Shown here: positions 19,121 to 27,538 of the stretch, one piece after another
How positions within the stretch are numbered: the stretch's first letter is position 1
How the letters are laid out: each line of letters begins with the position of its first letter
Assembly: GCA_050250375.1 (NCBI GenBank)
Contig: JBFWOS010000003.1
Span: 739,359 to 803,358 of the forward strand
Length of the DNA stretch: 64,000 nt
Origin: Candidatus Omnitrophota bacterium
Lineage (GTDB): Bacteria > Omnitrophota > Gorgyraeia > Zapsychrales > Zapsychraceae
Direction of reading: 5' to 3'
Made by a program: the position numbers and the translations under genes
The notes under the pieces: model-generated
What the model saw: only the letters and a program-made list of their open reading frames with translations
The model's database searches: none
What the model was told of the DNA's origin: nothing

Positions 19121-22100
19121 TTAAAAACCTGCCGCCGGACAGTCAATGAACGAAAATGTAAGGCCTGGTCGAACGCCGTCTTTATAATAATATTGTGCAC
19201 ATGTTTCCGATGCAATCCCCGCATTTGCTAAGATCGCATGCGAACGGTTCCAACAATTCCAATTATTTCCTGGCGCATCATCCCCCCCACAATCTGCTAA
19301 ACAGTTTCCAGAACAGGCGGGACACCCCGGCCCTCCACAGGCGGCAACACAGGCCGGTGGAGCTGCTGGGCCCGCCCCTATTCTTTTATTCATCAAAAAT
19401 GCCCCTTTAAAAGTATCGGGAGGAACAGCGGGATCAGTGATCATAATTGGCTCACAGGTAGAACCCAATGTTGCTGCGCTCATGTCCGCCCGCCCCGGAT
19501 TTGGATGAAAATATTTAAATTTCCATAACGGTTGTCCATTTGGAAAAACTAGCCCGGTGCCTGCGGTAGAATTAGGACTTTCATCAAATCTTGTAACTCT
19601 GAATTTTACAATACCATCTGTGTTAACCAACTCATAACACCTCTTAAATCCGCCCTTCTCAGTATAAGTGCGAACTTTTGGCCACTCCGGATCCGGACCT
19701 CCGCCTAAACCACAGGCATTATCACATCTTTTCGGCATTCTTCCTTCCACTTTCGTTATGTGCCAATAAGATTCTCCTCCCGGCGCGCCTAATCTAAACT
19801 GTGGTGGAATTTCGTCTTGCCAGCCATAAACTACGTGAAACGGAAAGGCATCCGGCGGATCTGCATCATAATCAAATCGTGCTTGAATTAAGTCCGCAAC
19901 TGGACCAGTTAAAAAGTCACTAAATCGATTACTTGCGGTAATTAAAAATGGTATGTGACTATTCAAATCCGTCGATATGCTACTTAAATAATCTCGACGC
20001 ATCTCTAATTTTTTACTGTGATTTTGTGCCTCTATTGCGGCTGTTCCTGTTAACTGTAACCAACCCCCAGAATTTATATCACAGATGGGATTAGCTTGAA
20101 CCAATGCATCCCTAACTAAGGTCCTAAAATTGTTTGTATTATTTAATGCGAACCCTGTACAATCAACAAATTGATCAAAAGTTCCAATAGTCGCTTGATA
20201 TGGATACGCCGCTGCCGTTGAACTTTGAGTTGCTGGCATCGCTGTACAAGAAACATTCGAGCAATTATAAACACATTGCAACATCGCCAACATATCTGGC
20301 TCATCCGCAGGATCTGCAGCCACATACGCACTTGGATCATACGTTGCCAAAGGAATAACTGAACGCGGAAGATTACTACAATTAGCTGAGCTACAAGTTA
20401 ACATACATTGCAAATATCTCCAGGTATTTCCTTGATTAGTGCCCGGACCATTAACACAACTTATATCCGGTACGCCACCATTACAAGCATAATCATACCC
20501 TTCCACATTAAAATTCATACAGGCGACAATATCTTCTAAGTCACCATCAATACCATTTCCGTTGGCATCAAAAGTAACCTCCTCATAAGGTGATACACCT
20601 GGACATCCCCTCGGGGGAATACACCACGGCGATCCACAGGCTGCACCTTGAAAACTTTGATCTCTTAAGTTAACCAACTCATCCTTAATTAATTCAATAT
20701 TGTTATGCCATATATAAAGCTTACCTGGCTGGGTTTGACACGCATTGGCTGTTACAGGATCATAATCACTATCCCACGGATAACATTGCCCGTATGGGTT
20801 CGGTGCAGACGCAGGAAAAGTGACTCCAGCTAATGGCCCTGGATCAATCCAAGCCTGCCAATCATTGAACCATTCTGTAAATTTTTGGGATAGTTGGGCC
20901 CTACTCGTTCCGAGTAGTTTATTTGCTTCTGCTATAAAAACAGTTAAATCATAGACCATATCATCTAACAAATCCTCCGGAAATAATGCGGGAGCTACAT
21001 CTAGAGGATTTGCCGCGGATGGATCTCCGCATTCGCATAAAGCAGGAATCGGATTGTTAGATGAATCGCATTCCGCAGGACAATCTGCAACCCCATTCCT
21101 ATTTGGATCCAGAAAACAATTACCATCATAATACTTTCGACACTGACCTTCATACGGCCAAGCAGTATCACCACCTATATCTCCTTCAGAACAAAACCGA
21201 TCAGCCCCTCGTTTCCAAAACGGTCCACCACCATAACTATAAGGATCCGCGCAAATATCCTGACTCATTTCAAATGAACCGGTTAAAGCCAACGTAACAT
21301 CATCAATATCTGTATCAACACAATAAGATGTTTGATATGTCAACGCCAATGGATTTTGAACCAAATCTAACTGTGTCATTAAATAAGGAAGGTTTGGATT
21401 ACATACTACTCCTCGATTAGCGTCGCACCATTTGCACCTTTGATCATTCGGATTATCAACGGGTTCTGGCGAACCTCCCGTTATAACATCGTCTAAATCA
21501 AACCCCCAATCACTAACCATATAAAGGAAAGGAAAGATTCCTATACGATTTTCAGCAACAGCTGGAGGAACAACAGTTAAACCTGAATAAAATCCAGTTG
21601 TGTCGTCTACATAATAGCCCGACCCATTCCATGGTGGTGCAAATTGTTGCGCCCAATTCGGGTCGCTCGAATCTTTGAAATATAACTGATGTTCATCATC
21701 TCTCCCGATTAATTCTCTAAATGAAAAAAAGGCATTTTCGTAATCTTCAACATAAACATCATATACCCATTGATAAAAAGTTCCAAGTGTTGGCTCTATA
21801 GCTCCATATGGACTTAAAGCCTGACAGGTTGAAGCCGTACCACACTCCAAACTAGGATTAACTGTTCCACAATTTGGATCAAAACCACAATAATCGGGAT
21901 TAGTTACAGTGATCGTATTTCCAGGGTTTGTTGGATCTGGAATATCTATTGTTGGGGGTTTTGTACAACAATCACAACAACCAGGTCTAATAGGTAATTG
22001 TCCAAACGCAGGTCCACGGGGATCAGGGGATGTCTCCGGTAAACAGCATGAACTACAAACAGATGGTATGGCTGCTGGATTAATAAAACAGGGGTGTGTT

Positions 22101-23002
22101 GGATTAGCCGCTTTATTAAATCCAAAACTGATCGGTGGAGTACCTGGAAAACTTGGCCCAGGAATATATCCTTGAGGAAGAGGATCATATAGCCCCCAGG
22201 CTGTTTGACAAGTTCCGGCAACACATTCTTCACTTGGAGCACATAATGCCCCCCCACCACAATCTGTAGTTGTTCCAGGCATTGGACCATACGGGGGCAA
22301 TTGATACACAAAATTTTGCAACTCTATTTGAAAAACTTCTGCTTCAAGGATAAAATTAATAACAATTCCCTCAAAAACTTTGTTCCAATAAAGTGAAAAA
22401 CGACTAACCACATCGTGAGCTTGCCCCAAACCATCTAAGCCAAAAGAGCCATCTGTATCAAAATCATACAAATCAGGAACTTGTTTTGAATCATTAGTCG
22501 AATTTTGCATAGAATTTCGTAAAGCTGATTCCATGAATTGATCAACCAACGGCAATATTTCGGCTGCTAAGCTGTTCCAAGCACTTGTAATGCCTGGTTG
22601 AATAACTGTAACCTGAAGGACAACATTCGCCACAGACAGTACCGCTCCAACAACAGCCAAGGCAACATAAGCCGTCGCTCCTACAGTATAAATAGCTACA
22701 ACTAACAAGATAATCGCAATGATGGCGCCTACAATTGCCCCTAAAAGGCCAGTAGAGGCACATTTTTTTCTTTCTCCTCCCAACTGTGTCATTAATAGAG
22801 AATGACCATAGCTTGCCATAGCGGACGCTAAGGATGCAGCCCCTTGATTAGAGCCGATCTGTGTTGATGTCTTATTTTGACCTACTCGACCTAAATTAAG
22901 CGTAACCGCATAAAATATCAAAGCAAAAGCAACTATAAGCAAAATAACAACTGAAACTTGGCCATTTTTTTTAATTAATGATTTTTTTGAAAAAATGTGC
23001 AT
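19121..23002 (-). CDS. Large Cys/Pro/Asp-rich TadG-like protein, probable pilus-tip adhesin (1293 aa)
   Basis: KKNGQ plus hydrophobic helix, then Tad-like NLGRVGQNKTSTQIGSNQGAASLAS; many Cys clusters and DxDxDG-like loops. Confidence 0.7.
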   Translation of the reverse strand: MHIFSKKSLIKKNGQVSVVILLIVAFALIFYAVTLNLGRVGQNKTSTQIGSNQGAASLASAMASYGHSLLMTQLGGERKKCASTGLLGAIVGAIIAIILLVVAIYTVGATAYVALAVVGAVLSVANVVLQVTVIQPGITSAWNSLAAEILPLVDQFMESALRNSMQNSTNDSKQVPDLYDFDTDGSFGLDGLGQAHDVVSRFSLYWNKVFEGIVINFILEAEVFQIELQNFVYQLPPYGPMPGTTTDCGGGALCAPSEECVAGTCQTAWGLYDPLPQGYIPGPSFPGTPPISFGFNKAANPTHPCFINPAAIPSVCSSCCLPETSPDPRGPAFGQLPIRPGCCDCCTKPPTIDIPDPTNPGNTITVTNPDYCGFDPNCGTVNPSLECGTASTCQALSPYGAIEPTLGTFYQWVYDVYVEDYENAFFSFRELIGRDDEHQLYFKDSSDPNWAQQFAPPWNGSGYYVDDTTGFYSGLTVVPPAVAENRIGIFPFLYMVSDWGFDLDDVITGGSPEPVDNPNDQRCKWCDANRGVVCNPNLPYLMTQLDLVQNPLALTYQTSYCVDTDIDDVTLALTGSFEMSQDICADPYSYGGGPFWKRGADRFCSEGDIGGDTAWPYEGQCRKYYDGNCFLDPNRNGVADCPAECDSSNNPIPALCECGDPSAANPLDVAPALFPEDLLDDMVYDLTVFIAEANKLLGTSRAQLSQKFTEWFNDWQAWIDPGPLAGVTFPASAPNPYGQCYPWDSDYDPVTANACQTQPGKLYIWHNNIELIKDELVNLRDQSFQGAACGSPWCIPPRGCPGVSPYEEVTFDANGNGIDGDLEDIVACMNFNVEGYDYACNGGVPDISCVNGPGTNQGNTWRYLQCMLTCSSANCSNLPRSVIPLATYDPSAYVAADPADEPDMLAMLQCVYNCSNVSCTAMPATQSSTAAAYPYQATIGTFDQFVDCTGFALNNTNNFRTLVRDALVQANPICDINSGGWLQLTGTAAIEAQNHSKKLEMRRDYLSSISTDLNSHIPFLITASNRFSDFLTGPVADLIQARFDYDADPPDAFPFHVVYGWQDEIPPQFRLGAPGGESYWHITKVEGRMPKRCDNACGLGGGPDPEWPKVRTYTEKGGFKRCYELVNTDGIVKFRVTRFDESPNSTAGTGLVFPNGQPLWKFKYFHPNPGRADMSAATLGSTCEPIMITDPAVPPDTFKGAFLMNKRIGAGPAAPPACVAACGGPGCPACSGNCLADCGGDDAPGNNWNCWNRSHAILANAGIASETCAQYYYKDGVRPGLTFSFIDCPAAGF

Positions 23003-23020
23003 TCTTACCGACCCATTAAA

Positions 23021-23299
23021 TTAATTTGTCCAAATTGCGTTCATATCTGAACCACCTGAAAAATAAGGAGAAATTTGTTTTATTTGCTCACTATCCGCGG
23101 GATCAACATAACCTCTAGTTCCTGTAGATCTTAATACTGTGTCATGCTTTTGCCTTCGGTCGGTAAACTCCCTTCCGCTCCATTCAAAAATTTTTGTAAG
23201 TGAATAAATCATTAAGAAAACTATAATCATGCACAAAGTAAATTCAATCATTACTTGACCAAGTTTTTTTGATCTATCTTTCCTTTGCAAGCGCAACAT
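23021..23299 (-). CDS. TadE-like minor pilin
   Basis: KKLGQVMIEF followed by a hydrophobic helix. Confidence 0.75.
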   Translation of the reverse strand: MLRLQRKDRSKKLGQVMIEFTLCMIIVFLMIYSLTKIFEWSGREFTDRRQKHDTVLRSTGTRGYVDPADSEQIKQISPYFSGGSDMNAIWTN

Positions 23300-23325
23300 A
23301 ATTTCGAACTCCTACCGTAACAGCA

Positions 23326-24618
23326 TTATTTCAAATATTGCACATTTGGATCATTGTCCGTGGGGGTAATCCATTTCCTTCCATGTTTATCTACAATTCG
23401 ACTTCTAACAAAAATAATAGGATCTAAGGTTCCTGGTCCGGCTGTAACCATGCATGTTCTGGTAAAATTAGCAGCATTAAAACAGCATAAATTATCCGGA
23501 CAGCAAACTTCTACAGGATTTGTAATAGATGCTGTCCAACCCGCTTGATTTCCTAAAATTGTTCCGGGCAAAACAACCGTTGTCCCATCACAAAATCTGC
23601 GAGTATCATAGCTTAATTGTAATGTACGCTGAATAATATCTACTGAATCCTTCCTTTGAGCTGATCGTACATATCTTCTAGTATCCCCGCTAACTTCATA
23701 CAATTTCCCTTCATCAATTAATAAGTACGTTCCTACGCCATCCCCGGAAGCCAAGGGATTTTTACTATAAGTGTACATTTGAACATCCTGATTTGAAAAA
23801 CCAGGCGATGGCCGGGTTTCATCAGGGCTAAAGGATAGATCCCCTTCCTGAAAATCCATAACATCGACCGAAATATTCCCATTCTTTCCTAAAACTCTCT
23901 CTGTAAAACCATCGCCATCCACATCCACTAATGTAAACGCGCCGCTCTCCGTATCTATTTGACTTGGATCTGCAGCAATCCACTGCCACCAAAATGCATC
24001 ACAATTCGTATTATCAACGCCATCGTCCAATAAACCATTTTGATCCAAATCAAATCTGTAATGTGTCACTCCCCCAACGACATCAAAACAACTATTTACA
24101 TTACCACCACATCTACAAAAATCTGTAGCAGGATGATTATATTGCTGCTTAAAAACTCCCTGATTAAGGGGATATGTCCTTAAGCTTGCCGCTGTTAAAG
24201 GAAAATGAACTCCATTTACAAAAAAATCAGTCATCGGTAAATTTGCAAACTCCCCTGGATCCACGGGCATAAATAAATTTCTGGAATGTGAGGCGGAACC
24301 AGTCGCTATTTGAGGCGTTCGATCAATCGCACCATATTTCGCTGATTGTGCAGTTAAACGATCTTCCAAAATAAACACTGTGGCAGAATTACGAGAGGCC
24401 GTTCCATCTTGCCAATTTCCTGGTGGAGCTTTTATTCCCTCACTATACTCAAATGAAGTTAACATAGCCATTCTAAAGGCCTTTAAACGAGTATCTTGCT
24501 GGTAAGAAGAACCTAAAATTGTCCTTACAATAAGTCCCACCAAAAATATTACGACCGCCCCAAATACGGCCAATTCTAATGTTGTCTGTGCTTTTTGCAT
24601 ATAATTAAAAGTCATCAA
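23326..24618 (-). CDS. Large minor pilin-like protein (430 aa)
   Basis: QKAQTTLEL plus hydrophobic helix; DLDQNGLLDDG and DVDGDG loops. Confidence 0.7.
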   Translation of the reverse strand: MMTFNYMQKAQTTLELAVFGAVVIFLVGLIVRTILGSSYQQDTRLKAFRMAMLTSFEYSEGIKAPPGNWQDGTASRNSATVFILEDRLTAQSAKYGAIDRTPQIATGSASHSRNLFMPVDPGEFANLPMTDFFVNGVHFPLTAASLRTYPLNQGVFKQQYNHPATDFCRCGGNVNSCFDVVGGVTHYRFDLDQNGLLDDGVDNTNCDAFWWQWIAADPSQIDTESGAFTLVDVDGDGFTERVLGKNGNISVDVMDFQEGDLSFSPDETRPSPGFSNQDVQMYTYSKNPLASGDGVGTYLLIDEGKLYEVSGDTRRYVRSAQRKDSVDIIQRTLQLSYDTRRFCDGTTVVLPGTILGNQAGWTASITNPVEVCCPDNLCCFNAANFTRTCMVTAGPGTLDPIIFVRSRIVDKHGRKWITPTDNDPNVQYLK

Positions 24619-24627
24619 TATTGTATG

Positions 24628-24942
24628 TTAATATGCCCCGACGGCAATTGATCCCCTTCTTAAATCCAAAGAATTAGTGCTGTCAATTCTTGTCGTTTGT
24701 AGCCCCAACGGCGTGTCGATTGAAAACAAAGTTGTTTCTGTATTTGATAATAATGTATGAAGTACGCTCGTATTAGCCGTTCTTGGATCATATTGATCAG
24801 CCAATTCATCTACTGAATCTTTCCAGCGCCCCTGAATACCTCTTTTGAAATAATTAGATGAAGCCAATAGTGCCCCCATAATGATGATCAATAAAACAGA
24901 ATATTCTATTGCGGATTGCCCTTTTTTTAATTTTTTTAACAT
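24628..24942 (-). CDS. Pilin-like protein
   Basis: KKGQSAIEY, hydrophobic helix, KRGIQGRWK. Confidence 0.8.
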   Translation of the reverse strand: MLKKLKKGQSAIEYSVLLIIIMGALLASSNYFKRGIQGRWKDSVDELADQYDPRTANTSVLHTLLSNTETTLFSIDTPLGLQTTRIDSTNSLDLRRGSIAVGAY

Positions 24943-24957
24943 AATAAATCCCCATTT

Positions 24958-25308
24958 TTAATTAGGATTTGGTTGTACCCCTAAATTAATTACTGCATTA
25001 GTATAAATAAACACAACATCATCATACACATAGTTCATAACGCCGGCTACATCATTCGTTCGTTTATTGACATCGGCTCTTGAAATCGAAAATGAACTAT
25101 CCAAATGGCTTTGAGACATATCATTAAATCTCTGATCCGCTAAATTCTGAACACCAATTTGATCAGCTACAAGCTTAGTCCATCCTTGCGAGGACCTTCT
25201 AACCATCGGCCCCATAGCGGCCATAATCGCAATTATTGTTGCTAGAATAATTGTGTACTCTATCGCCGATTGTGCTAACCGCTTTTTGTATTTAGTTAAT
25301 CTAAGCAT
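24958..25308 (-). CDS. Pilin-like protein
   Basis: RLAQSAIEY, hydrophobic helix, RRSSQGW. Confidence 0.8.
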   Translation of the reverse strand: MLRLTKYKKRLAQSAIEYTIILATIIAIMAAMGPMVRRSSQGWTKLVADQIGVQNLADQRFNDMSQSHLDSSFSISRADVNKRTNDVAGVMNYVYDDVVFIYTNAVINLGVQPNPN

Positions 25309-25313
25309 ATATT

Positions 25314-25709
25314 TTAATCAGCATTTACTGGAGACGCCGTCGTGCTGACTGAACCCGTACTTGTCGTTTCACTTAAACTTTTACGAAATATTCCAGATGA
25401 CAATGGATACGAAGGTAAATCTTGACTGATATTGTCTACGGTTCGTACAACATCAGATACGCTACTAGTATAATAGGGTTCATATTGTATATATACGTTT
25501 GTGCCAGCATAGGCAGTACCAACACGCGTTCTGACAGTATTCAACATAGAATTGTGCGCGTCTCTTACTCTAGCCTGAATAGCTCTTCTGAAATATGCTG
25601 ACATCCCGGAAATTACTGCAATTGCAACAAAAAAAACAATAACATATTCACTTGAAATCATTTGAGCTTTTTGGCTTATAATTTTTTTGTTTTTAAGAAT
25701 TCTAAGCAT
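25314..25709 (-). CDS. Pilin-like protein
   Basis: QKAQMISSEY, hydrophobic helix, RRAIQARVRDA...QYEPYY. Confidence 0.78.
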   Translation of the reverse strand: MLRILKNKKIISQKAQMISSEYVIVFFVAIAVISGMSAYFRRAIQARVRDAHNSMLNTVRTRVGTAYAGTNVYIQYEPYYTSSVSDVVRTVDNISQDLPSYPLSSGIFRKSLSETTSTGSVSTTASPVNAD

Positions 25710-25789
25710 AATTAGTTAATAACCCTGATACTAATATTATACATTACTACTCATAAAAACACCAAAATTAATTATAGTCATTGAAAGTT

Positions 25790-25842
25790 TTAAAAACAAA
25801 ACATGGCTTACCTGAGAAAATTTACTTCTCAAGTAAGCCATG
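25790..25842 (-). terminator. Strong hairpin terminator closing the upstream pilin block
   Basis: catggcttac-ctgagaa...ttctcaa-gtaagccatg inverted repeat followed by a T-rich tract on the minus strand. Confidence 0.75.
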
Positions 25843-25888
25843 CATTGTGAATGTTTTTTAATAACATATTGTGATTAATTACACAATA

Positions 25889-26218
25889 TTAGTTACCCCA
25901 AAACTCCTGATTAACGTTCATAACTGATGAATTCATCAGATCAGTTGTTACTTCAGCTTTTGTTAAAGTTGATTGCGTAACGCCTGACAAGAACGTATCT
26001 TGTGTTTGAGATGAAGTAACCATTTTCTTAATAACATTAGTATTACCTGTTGAGAATTGGTCACCGATGTCATCAGCAGCACTCTTCAATCGTCCTTGAA
26101 CACCACGTTTGATGTATACCTGGATAGACAAAAGGGCACCGATAATGATGATAATCAGAATCGCATATTCCAATGTACTCTGACCTTTTTTTCTATTTTT
26201 GTTAAAATACTTAAGCAT
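25889..26218 (-). CDS. Pilin, probable major subunit
   Basis: KKGQSTLEY, hydrophobic helix, KRGVQGRLK; strong SD AGGAGG. Confidence 0.85.
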   Translation of the reverse strand: MLKYFNKNRKKGQSTLEYAILIIIIIGALLSIQVYIKRGVQGRLKSAADDIGDQFSTGNTNVIKKMVTSSQTQDTFLSGVTQSTLTKAEVTTDLMNSSVMNVNQEFWGN

Positions 26219-26282
26219 TGATATATCCTCCTAAATTAATCCTCTAACATAATCGCAGAGGGATTAAGTTATTAACTTCTGA

Positions 26283-26642
26283 TTACAGACCTTGAATTAA
26301 CCCCAGGGTTGTATTATATGACGATTGTTGAAAACCACCAATACCTCTACTTCGTTGGTCTTCTAACTCTGTGCGTGTCGTAGTATTGTCCAATAATTGA
26401 GATTGAACTGAGTTAGTACTAACTAGGTAGTTTGTTGTTAAGTAGTATGGTTCATACTGGTTTGTTGTACCCAATGCCGCTGATTGCGTAGTTAGATACT
26501 GCCCAGCATCACGAACCCTCGCTTGTAGAGCGCGTTGAGCGTATGTCTGCATCGCAATAATACCCGCAACAACCAGAGAGATAAGGATTGCATATTCAGC
26601 GGTATTTTGCGCCTTTTTATTTTTAATTAACTTTCTAAACAT
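26283..26642 (-). CDS. Pilin, probable major subunit
   Basis: KKAQNTAEY, hydrophobic helix, QRALQARVRDA...QYEPYY; strong SD AGGAGG. Confidence 0.85.
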   Translation of the reverse strand: MFRKLIKNKKAQNTAEYAILISLVVAGIIAMQTYAQRALQARVRDAGQYLTTQSAALGTTNQYEPYYLTTNYLVSTNSVQSQLLDNTTTRTELEDQRSRGIGGFQQSSYNTTLGLIQGL

Positions 26643-26691
26643 TTATTTATCCTCCTAAGATTAAATTCACAAAAAATTGAATTTTCGAGCA

Positions 26692-26913
26692 TTAGTTAGA
26701 TGTAGGCCGTGATGTAAGTAATCGGTTGGCCATATCTTCCATACCATTGGTGCCCGTAGCTAATGTACCGTTAAACGCCGTTCGGAAAATACCACCAGGC
26801 CCTAGAAAAACAAGTAGGGCAGCCAAAACAGCAGCTACCAAGATGATATACTCAACGGTACTCTGACCTTTCTTTTTCTTTTTAGGGTTATTCACAATAT
26901 TCCTTTTAAGCAT
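26692..26913 (-). CDS. Flp-type pilin
   Basis: KKKGQSTVEY plus hydrophobic helix, 73 aa; SD AAGGAGG. Confidence 0.85.
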   Translation of the reverse strand: MLKRNIVNNPKKKKKGQSTVEYIILVAAVLAALLVFLGPGGIFRTAFNGTLATGTNGMEDMANRLLTSRPTSN

Positions 26914-26970
26914 TGTATTCCTCCTTAAAAAAGTTCACTTTAGGATAATCTCCGTTGGAAAAATAACGGA

Positions 26971-27138
26971 TTACTGATTTCTGGATTCTTGAAGTATTAT
27001 CTGTTGTGTAGCTTGAACCGATCTAAATACATAGGTACTCATGGCAATAGCCGCTGCTGCCACAATAGTTGCGATTAAGGCATATTCTAATATGCTTTGG
27101 CCTGTTTTGTTGTTTCTAATTTCTTGTTTTAGCCTCAT
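26971..27138 (-). CDS. Flp-type pilin, 55 aa, not in the ORF track
   Basis: Hand translation MRLKQEIRNNKTGQSILEYALIATIVAAAAIAMSTYVFRSVQATQQIILQESRNQ*; SD-like AAGGTGG upstream. Confidence 0.85.
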   Translation of the reverse strand: MRLKQEIRNNKTGQSILEYALIATIVAAAAIAMSTYVFRSVQATQQIILQESRNQ

Positions 27139-27313
27139 CGTAACCACCTTATGTACTTCTCAGATAATCTTTGCTCTTATCACATTATTTTGCGACTGAA
27201 TCCTAAGAGCTATATTGCCAAATCTAGGTATAAAATAACCCTAGACTTGACACTTCAAAATGACCCAAAAGTCATTCTGAAGAATAAAACACCTAATCAG
27301 GTGTGCACAACTC

Positions 27314-27344
27314 AAAAAAAAGCCTCTATATTTTTATAGAGGTT
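27314..27344 (-). terminator. Intrinsic terminator in the leader of the pilin array
   Basis: Minus strand aacctctata-aaaa-tatagaggct followed by a T-tract. Confidence 0.7.
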
Positions 27345-27480
27345 ATATCTTAATTCAATAATTCTTTCAAAGAACTATAAGAACATCTATTTATTAAGTT
27401 ACTATATAATAAATCTTTCATCAAATTCTCCAAGCAGAATTTCATATTAAATACTGTATATAAATGTTCAAAGTGTTAAA

Positions 27481-27508
27481 AGTATAGCATATGAATCACT
27501 GCTGTCAA
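27481..27508 (-). promoter_or_regulatory. sigma70 promoter upstream of the pilin array
   Basis: Minus strand TTGACA-N16-TATACT. Confidence 0.7.
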
Positions 27509-27538
27509 GGCGAAATGCCAAACTATTTAATAATTTAA

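Noticed and set aside
19102-19224. Upstream extension of the 18742 ORF given in the track
   Set aside because: It overlaps the TadG-like gene; the prepilin leader begins at ATG 19101.
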